A DNA stretch of 35,278 nt from Candidatus Dormibacteria bacterium (lineage in GTDB: Bacteria; Chloroflexota; Dormibacteria; Aeolococcales; Aeolococcaceae), in assembly GCA_046263035.1 (NCBI GenBank), contig JBHELP010000203.1:1-35278 (forward strand), read 5' to 3'. Positions within the stretch are counted from its first letter, which is position 1, and each line of letters starts with the position of its first letter. The notes under the pieces are model-generated. The model was not told the origin of the DNA. It did no database searches and worked only from the letters and a program-made list of their open reading frames with translations. A program made the translations under genes and the position numbers. This document shows, piece by piece, positions 29,908 to 35,278 of the stretch.

Positions 29908-29942
29908 ATGTTGTGAGTTCGGGCCCTGCTGAGGTGCACACG

Positions 29943-31475
29943 ATGGCGACGGAAGGGAGGGCGGCAGCCCGGAGCAGGGGTCCGGCGGCGGAAGCCGCGG
30001 TTCCTGCTGCCTCAGCGCGCCGTCGGATCGGTGTGGAGGGCGGCCACGACACCTACAAGTGGTGGGCACTCTCCTGCACGAGCTTGGGGATGCTGCTCGC
30101 CACCATCAACTCGGGGACCCTGGTGATCGCTCTGCCCGACCTCGAGCGAAGTCTCCACACCAGTCTGCTCGAGCTGGTCTGGGTAATCCTCGCCTACATG
30201 TTCGCCTCGACCGTGTTGGTGCTCAGTGTCGGACGGTTCTCGGATCTCTTTGGCCGGAAGCGTGCCTACATCGGCGGATTCATGCTCTTTGGCCTCGCCT
30301 CCCTCGGGGCCGGCTTCTCGGGCGATGCGACCCAGCTCATCCTCTGGCGGATGGTTCAGGGGATCGGTGGGTCGCTGCTCTTCGCCAATGCCCCCGCCAT
30401 CGTCACCGATGCCTTCCCCAGCCATCAGCTGGGTGTCGCCATGGGCACGAACACCATGATCGCCGCAGTGGGGCTCGTCCTCGGCCCCGTGCTGGGGGGC
30501 GCTCTGGTCGCGATCTCGTGGCAGTGGGTGTTCTGGTTCAACGTCCCGCTCAGCATCGCCGGCGCCGTCTGGGCGGCGCTGGTGCTTCATGAGCTGGGGC
30601 GACGCGACACCCAGCGCGGTCTCGACCCACTCGGGTCGCTCTGCTTCCTCATAGGGCTGACCGGCTTTGTCTTTGCCATCTCACGCGGCGGCCTCTCGGG
30701 GTGGGTGAATCCACTCGTGATCGCTGGCTTCATCGCGGCGGCGGTACTGTTGCCCCTGTTCCTCCTCGTCGAGGCACGCCAGCGGGCGCCCATGCTGGAT
30801 CTGTCGCTGTTTGGCAATCGCCTCTTCTCAGCGTCGTGTGGCGCCGCCTTCCTGAACGGTCTCTCGCGATTCGCCCTGATGTTCGTCTTCGTCTTCTACT
30901 TCCAGGGGCCGGAAGGGGACAGCGCTATCGGTGCTGGGCTGAAGCTCATCCCCATGGCGATGGGCATGCTCATCGCCTCGCCTCTCGCGGGCGTGATCGC
31001 CGATCGACGCGGCTCGCGCAGTCTGGCGACCGGCGGCATGCTGCTCAGTGGCGCGGGACTCGCTCTCATGACAACGCTCCAAGTCTCCTCTCCCTACTGG
31101 CAGGCGGCGCTCTGGCTGTTTGCGGTGGGCGTCGGTTCGGGAATGTTCAACTCGCCGAATACCGCGGCGATGATGGGTGCCGTCCCGGCGCACCGACGTG
31201 GTGTGGCCGCCGGAGCGCGCACGCTGATCACCAATTCTGGAGCGGTGATCTCCATCGCCTTCGTGCTCGCCGTCATCACGGCGGCGGTCCCCAAGCCAGT
31301 TCTCTTCGCGATCTTTTCGGGGCTGGCCAGCGGGCTATCCGCGCAGCAGCTGGAGCCGTTCATCTCCAACATGCATCTGGCGCTGTGGATCCTCGCCGGG
31401 GTGTCGGTGCTCGGCGCCGCCGTGTGCATGCTGCGACCGGGGGCCAACACTGAGGCTGTTCCCGTCATGTCCTGA
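29943..31475 (+). CDS. MFS transporter, DHA2/EmrB-like (14 TM)
   Basis: It has YKWWALSCTSLGMLLATINSGTLVIALP and GRFSDLFGRKR motifs and about 14 hydrophobic segments. GAGGTG lies 8 nt upstream of ATG 29943; GTG 29913 is an alternative start. Confidence 0.85.
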   Translation: MATEGRAAARSRGPAAEAAVPAASARRRIGVEGGHDTYKWWALSCTSLGMLLATINSGTLVIALPDLERSLHTSLLELVWVILAYMFASTVLVLSVGRFSDLFGRKRAYIGGFMLFGLASLGAGFSGDATQLILWRMVQGIGGSLLFANAPAIVTDAFPSHQLGVAMGTNTMIAAVGLVLGPVLGGALVAISWQWVFWFNVPLSIAGAVWAALVLHELGRRDTQRGLDPLGSLCFLIGLTGFVFAISRGGLSGWVNPLVIAGFIAAAVLLPLFLLVEARQRAPMLDLSLFGNRLFSASCGAAFLNGLSRFALMFVFVFYFQGPEGDSAIGAGLKLIPMAMGMLIASPLAGVIADRRGSRSLATGGMLLSGAGLALMTTLQVSSPYWQAALWLFAVGVGSGMFNSPNTAAMMGAVPAHRRGVAAGARTLITNSGAVISIAFVLAVITAAVPKPVLFAIFSGLASGLSAQQLEPFISNMHLALWILAGVSVLGAAVCMLRPGANTEAVPVMS

Positions 31476-31597
31476 GACATGGCTCCGCCCTCACCGCCGG
31501 CGTCTGGCGGAATTCGCCCCGGTTGGCGTCCGGGTTGGCGTCAAAAATCGGCCTCACTCACGGCTGCCGCGCCGGCCCGCTTCGGGACGATGACCGG

Positions 31598-31958
31598 TTA
31601 CCGAAGCCATACGATGTCAGAGCCCAGAGAGTCAACTCTCGGATGGGACGCGAGAAAGAGGTCCAGCGCTCTTGCCAGAAGCCCCAGGCCGTCCCGCGTC
31701 CGGGGAAATCGCCGTGGTGATGTGAGCACCAGTCCCGCGTGGCTCTCCGGACACCATGAATTGCCCATGAAGCGGCAGGAAATGGCGGACATTCTCAGTG
31801 AGTAGCGCCCGTTCATTACGGAAGGCCCATCGCAATAGCTCGTCGTCGGGCACCTGTCGAAGCTCCGCCGTCTCCGTTACGGCGATAACATCGTGGCCCC
31901 TGTCGCGCAGCCGGACGGCGAGAATCAGCGAAAAATGCTCGTCCAGAAGCAGCTTCAC
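31598..31958 (-). pseudogene. PIN-like (DUF5615-type) toxin, apparently frame-shifted
   Basis: The N-terminal part (VKLLLDEHFSLILAVRLRDRGHDV..LLTENVRHF) is in ORF 31632..31958. The family-like C-terminal part (SHAGLVLTSPRRFPRTRDGLGLLARALDLFL) is in the +1 frame of ORF 31598..31816. Confidence 0.55.
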
Positions 31959-32377
31959 CGACGCAGGCGTTCTTGGCCCTCGGTCCAGGTCGCCTCGGCT
32001 TCCTCGGCAAGCTTTGCGTTGGTCTCGATCCAGCGGTCGATCTCCTCTGGATAGTCGCTGTAATAGCCGAGCGCCACACGAACCAGGCCCGCCGGGACGT
32101 TCAGGTAGGCGGCGGTTGCTGCAACATCACCCTTCTCGCCCTTGGCGGTCTCGATGACCTGCCAGACGGTGAGCCGGGTTCCGGCAAGAGCCGGATACCG
32201 GCCGGCGGGGCCGTCGTGAAAGACGATCCCGCGGTGATCCACCATTCGGACCGATTCGTCCAGGTAACGTTCCGCCAGGTTCGTCTTCGCCTCTCCGGCT
32301 CGATCGGCCTGGGTGGTGAGGCGGCTGATGGTCTGGGGGTTGACCCTCAGGGAGAAGGTCTGCTTGCGTATTGCCAT
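31955..32377 (-). CDS. antitoxin-like protein, RHH N-terminus plus DUF433 domain
   Basis: I prefer ATG 32377 (MAIRKQTFSLRV..). The DUF433-like core is GRYPALAGTRLTVWQVIE..AATAAYLNVPAGLVRVALGYY. Its stop overlaps the toxin GTG (GTGA at 31955-31958). Confidence 0.65.
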   Translation of the reverse strand: MAIRKQTFSLRVNPQTISRLTTQADRAGEAKTNLAERYLDESVRMVDHRGIVFHDGPAGRYPALAGTRLTVWQVIETAKGEKGDVAATAAYLNVPAGLVRVALGYYSDYPEEIDRWIETNAKLAEEAEATWTEGQERLRR

Positions 32378-32384
32378 GCAATAC

Positions 32385-32442
32385 AGTGTACTGCTAGGCC
32401 CAATGGAGTGTGGGCATTTCGACACTGAGGACACCGTAGAGT
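32385..32442. promoter_or_regulatory. divergent leaderless-type promoters
   Basis: The minus strand has TACACT (32390-32385) 7 nt before ATG 32377. The plus strand has TAGAGT (32437-32442) with 6 nt between it and ATG 32449 (start A is the 7th nt downstream). Neither start has a Shine-Dalgarno sequence. Confidence 0.4.
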
Positions 32443-32448
32443 AGGCGC

Positions 32449-32658
32449 ATGACCTACGAACTCTGGGATCTCCGTCATCGGAACAGCCTGGGCATCTTCG
32501 CCTCGAGAGTTGAGGCTATCGACGCTGTGCGTTCGATTTCACGCATGAGTACTCTGACCTTTCAAGGTAACGCGTACGTAACATTTGAAGCCGAGAAATC
32601 CGGGCCATGCCCTGTCAAGTGGTGTAAGAACGACCGACGCCATCGGTGCGTCGTTTGA
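32449..32658 (+). CDS. small hypothetical protein, 3' end supplied by the IS terminus
   Basis: The protein is MTYELWDLRHRNSLGIFASRVEAIDAVRSI.. and the region is about 50-58% GC. The last 11 codons (32626 onward) lie inside the IS inverted repeat, so the native C-terminus is probably lost. Confidence 0.4.
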   Translation: MTYELWDLRHRNSLGIFASRVEAIDAVRSISRMSTLTFQGNAYVTFEAEKSGPCPVKWCKNDRRHRCVV

Positions 32659-33946
32659 CTCGATCACGCTGCTGTCTCCGTGAGTGTCGGCGGGGCTTCG
32701 GTGTCGACGGTGGTGTATGACCGGCTGAGCGACTCCACGCCCATGTAGCGTCGGGCGACAGCCCACTCGTCGTTCTGCTCGGCGAGCAGGGCTCCCACCA
32801 GGCGGATGATCGCTTCGCGGTTGGGGAAGATGCCAACCACGTCGGTGCGCCGGCGTACCTCCTTGTTGAGCCGCTCCTGAGGGTTGTTGGACCAGATCTG
32901 TCGCCAGTGCTCCTTGGGGAAGCTGGTGAAGGCGAGGATCTCCTCGGCGGCGTCGCCGAGCATCACCGCGGCCTCCGGGAACTTCTCCTCGAGCTGCTCC
33001 ACCACACGACGGAGCTGGGCCCAGGTGGTGTCGCCATCGGGCTGGGCGAAGATGGACCGCACGATCGTCGCCACCACCGCGTGCGCCGACTTGGGCACGC
33101 GGGTGAGGAGATTGCGCATGAAGTGGGTCCGACACCGCTGCCAGCCGGCTCCGGGAAGGGTGGCGGCGATGGCGTTCTTGAGCCCCTCGTGAGCGTCGGA
33201 GATCACCAGTCGGACGCCACTGAGCCCACGGGCGACCAGGCCGCGGATGAACGCCGTCCAAGCGGCACCATCCTCGCTGGTAACCACGTCCACACCAAGA
33301 ACTTCGCGCTTGCCGTCCGTGGTGACGCCGGTGGCCAGAACGACGCAGACGTTGACGATGCGACCGCCCTCACGGACGCGCTGGGTGAGGGCGTCGATCC
33401 ACACGTACGGGTAGCCGGCAGGACCGAGGGGACGACTCCGAAAGCTCTCCACCATCTCGTCGAGCTCTTGGGCCATCACGCTCACCTGGGACTTGGAGAG
33501 CCGCTCGATGCCCAGCGTCTGCACCAGGCCTTCGACCCGCCGAGTCGAGACGCCACGCAGGTAGCACTCCGCCACCACGGCCACCAGAGCACGCTCCGAG
33601 CGTCGCCGTGGCTCGAGCAGCCAATCGGGGAAGTAGCTGCCCGTGCGCAGCTTGGGAATGGCCAGTTCGATGCTGCCCGCCCGGGTATCCCAGGTCCGCT
33701 CCCGGTAGCCGTTGCGCGAGTTCACCCGCTCGGGCGTGCGCTCGCCGTACTGGGCGCCGCAGAGGGCGTCGGCCTCAGCGTTCATGAGCGCTCCCGTGAA
33801 GGTGGAAACCATCTCGCGAAGCAGGTCGACGTCCGCCGACTCCACCTGCTTGCGAAACCAGGTCAGATGGTCCATGCTGGTCGTGGCCACTGTTGTCTCC
33901 TTGAGGTTGGTAGAGCTTCATCAAGGATGGCGCAGTGGTCGTTCTT
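32626..33946 (-). mobile_element. IS256-family insertion sequence (~1.32 kb)
   Basis: The transposase gene is flanked by imperfect terminal inverted repeats. The left is AAGAACGACCGACGCCATCGG (32626 onward) and the reverse complement of the right is AAGAACGACCACTGCGCCATCC (33946 downward). The size fits the family. I found no direct target duplication. Confidence 0.7.
32664..33890 (-). CDS. IS256-family (mutator-type) transposase
   Basis: It is 408 aa. Family-typical blocks are ALCGAQYGERTPERVNSRNGYRERTWDTRAGSIELAIPKLRTGSYFP, VWIDALTQRVREGGRI and LVISDAHEGLKNAI. AAGGAGA lies 5 nt upstream of GTG 33890. Confidence 0.9.
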   Translation of the reverse strand: MATTSMDHLTWFRKQVESADVDLLREMVSTFTGALMNAEADALCGAQYGERTPERVNSRNGYRERTWDTRAGSIELAIPKLRTGSYFPDWLLEPRRRSERALVAVVAECYLRGVSTRRVEGLVQTLGIERLSKSQVSVMAQELDEMVESFRSRPLGPAGYPYVWIDALTQRVREGGRIVNVCVVLATGVTTDGKREVLGVDVVTSEDGAAWTAFIRGLVARGLSGVRLVISDAHEGLKNAIAATLPGAGWQRCRTHFMRNLLTRVPKSAHAVVATIVRSIFAQPDGDTTWAQLRRVVEQLEEKFPEAAVMLGDAAEEILAFTSFPKEHWRQIWSNNPQERLNKEVRRRTDVVGIFPNREAIIRLVGALLAEQNDEWAVARRYMGVESLSRSYTTVDTEAPPTLTETAA

Positions 33947-33979
33947 TGTGGGCCTCCCGGCTCCTCATACACCACGCCC

Positions 33980-34225
33980 ATGGACGCTAACGGCGTAGAC
34001 TTTGGGGCCATGGATCCGTCGAGGAAGGACAAGGTTAGCAAGGTGATCCGGATGGTCACCTCCGGAGGGTGGGCTTCAGGTGACCTGGAAATCGCCGCCG
34101 ACTGGCACGATCGGGCCGTTCGTCTGGTACACCTCGTCGCTGCCAATCAGGGCAGCGACAAAGAGGCACGGGAGCTTGCGAAGGACATGCTGGATGACCT
34201 TGACGCTGTCGACGGAGGCGGATGA
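33980..34225 (+). CDS. hypothetical small protein (or C-terminal part of an IS-split gene)
   Basis: ATG 33980 lies within ORF 33935..34225. The second half is protein-like (DKEARELAKDMLDDLDAV). I recognise no family. Confidence 0.3.
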   Translation: MDANGVDFGAMDPSRKDKVSKVIRMVTSGGWASGDLEIAADWHDRAVRLVHLVAANQGSDKEARELAKDMLDDLDAVDGGG

Positions 34226-34417
34226 TTCAGCTCCAGGGAAGATAGGCAACTTCGTAAGCCCACATGCAGATCTCCGCCGGCGGCCCATCCGTCAGGGCGA
34301 CAGAGAATCCGGTGGTCACCGCGCTTTGGCGGCCTGGAAGAGCAGGTTGCCATTGCCATCCTAGTTGTGCTGACAGCCTGTCACCGACGCCCGACCCGTC
34401 CACCGTCCCGGCCTCAG

Positions 34418-34714
34418 TCAGCCGGTCGAACTGACCCGCACGGCTTTGGCACCTATGATGAGGCCAAGCAAGATCATCGAATACACGAACACACTGCCTC
34501 CGGTGGACAATCCCGCAGCTACCCCGGCGGCGACGAGGATGGCGCCAAGGGAGCCCAGGTTCACAACAAGTCCGCGCCGGTAGCGCCTCTCCACATCCGA
34601 TTCTCCTCGTGCTCGCGCCTCCTGCAGACCCAAGAACTTCATGCGATAGCGCAACCCAACGGTCACGACCATCACAAGGCTCACGGCTATGCCCGCAATC
34701 CAAACGTCGCTCAT
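34418..34714 (-). CDS. small 3-TM membrane protein
   Basis: It is 98 aa: TM1 VWIAGIAVSLVMVVTVGL, a charged loop QEARARGESDVERRYRRG, TM2 LVVNLGSLGAILVAAGVAAGL and TM3 VFVYSMILLGLIIGA. Confidence 0.6.
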   Translation of the reverse strand: MSDVWIAGIAVSLVMVVTVGLRYRMKFLGLQEARARGESDVERRYRRGLVVNLGSLGAILVAAGVAAGLSTGGSVFVYSMILLGLIIGAKAVRVSSTG

Positions 34715-34857
34715 AAAGCGCCGCTCAGAAGGTCGTTAACGCCACGCCCCGGCCGTGTGCCCCCTCCAAGGGCCACACACCGATCGGTCACCCGCCGCCC
34801 ATGCATATCCCCGTCATATGTCAAAGCGAGCCTTTGATAAGCGCACCGCTTGTCGAT

Positions 34858-35181
34858 TCAAGGCCGCCTCATTTTACGCCAATGGGCGGCGTTTGGAAGT
34901 CCCGCGGCGACGACAGCAGCCAGCCAGAACCACGGAGTATAGGTCCCAGACGCGAGCAGCGCGCCGCCAAGTGCGAAGACCAACACAAATAGCGTTAGGG
35001 CCGTCAGCTCGAATTTATCGAAGCTGCTCGAACGCCCATCCTTCGATCGGCTTCCCTCCGAAGCTCCACGTCGCAAGATGCGCTGGGCGCCGAAGATTCC
35101 CAGCGCACCCCCGAGAGTTGCTATGAGCAGCGTGAAGGCGACAGCTGCCGGGTCGAGTTGACCAACCACGTTGGTCGCCAT
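34858..35181 (-). CDS. small 3-TM membrane protein
   Basis: I prefer ATG 35181, which has GAGGA 8 nt upstream in an AT-rich stretch. TM1 is AAVAFTLLIATLGGALGIFGA, the charged loop is RRGASEGSRSKDGRSSSFDKFE, TM2 is LTALTLFVLVFALGGALLASG and TM3 is WFWLAAVVAAGL. Confidence 0.6.
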   Translation of the reverse strand: MATNVVGQLDPAAVAFTLLIATLGGALGIFGAQRILRRGASEGSRSKDGRSSSFDKFELTALTLFVLVFALGGALLASGTYTPWFWLAAVVAAGLPNAAHWRKMRRP

Positions 35182-35278
35182 TTTTATGTCCTCATATATT
35201 GCATAACTGGAACAGCGGCCGGCGCCTATGAGTGCCGCCCCTGGCCACCACAACTATGCCACCCATCCGCCGCCCGGA

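Noticed and set aside
32907-33998. 363-aa plus-strand ORF across the IS
   Set aside because: It is antisense to the IS256-family transposase, which has family motifs and a strong ribosome-binding site.

Overview
This is a high-GC, actinobacterium-like chromosomal segment; core-gene lines I counted are about 75% GC. The left two thirds are housekeeping genes. They comprise a Clp_N-repeat protein, divergent tRNA-Arg(TCT) and tRNA-His(GTG), two tandem paralogous membrane-anchored coiled-coil M23 peptidases, and gltB-gltD. Next come a divergently transcribed succinate dehydrogenase/fumarate reductase operon (membrane anchor, flavoprotein, Fe-S subunit, plus a coupled small membrane ORF), LDH-type mdh and nth. 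An aminotransferase / Gfo-Idh-MocA operon, tadA, an ABC exporter, an M50 site-2 protease, a cupin, marR-cfa and a divergent MFS pump follow. The most unusual coding unit is a translationally coupled trio at 19993-23484: a helical hypothetical protein, a stand-alone CBS pair, and a fusion of a CBS pair, a GltD-like flavoenzyme and a 2x[4Fe-4S] ferredoxin. I cannot assign it to a described system. The last ~3.8 kb (31476 onward) is a lower-GC accessory patch. It holds an RHH/DUF433 plus PIN-like (DUF5615-type) toxin-antitoxin pair with a frame-broken toxin, leaderless-looking divergent promoters, an IS256-family element with no visible target duplication, and two tandem small 3-TM proteins. Three genes look frame-disrupted, two of them at short homopolymers, so assembly indels are a real alternative to pseudogenes. 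I saw no CRISPR array and no rRNA. All calls come from reading the sequence and the ORF translations; no searches or computations were run.
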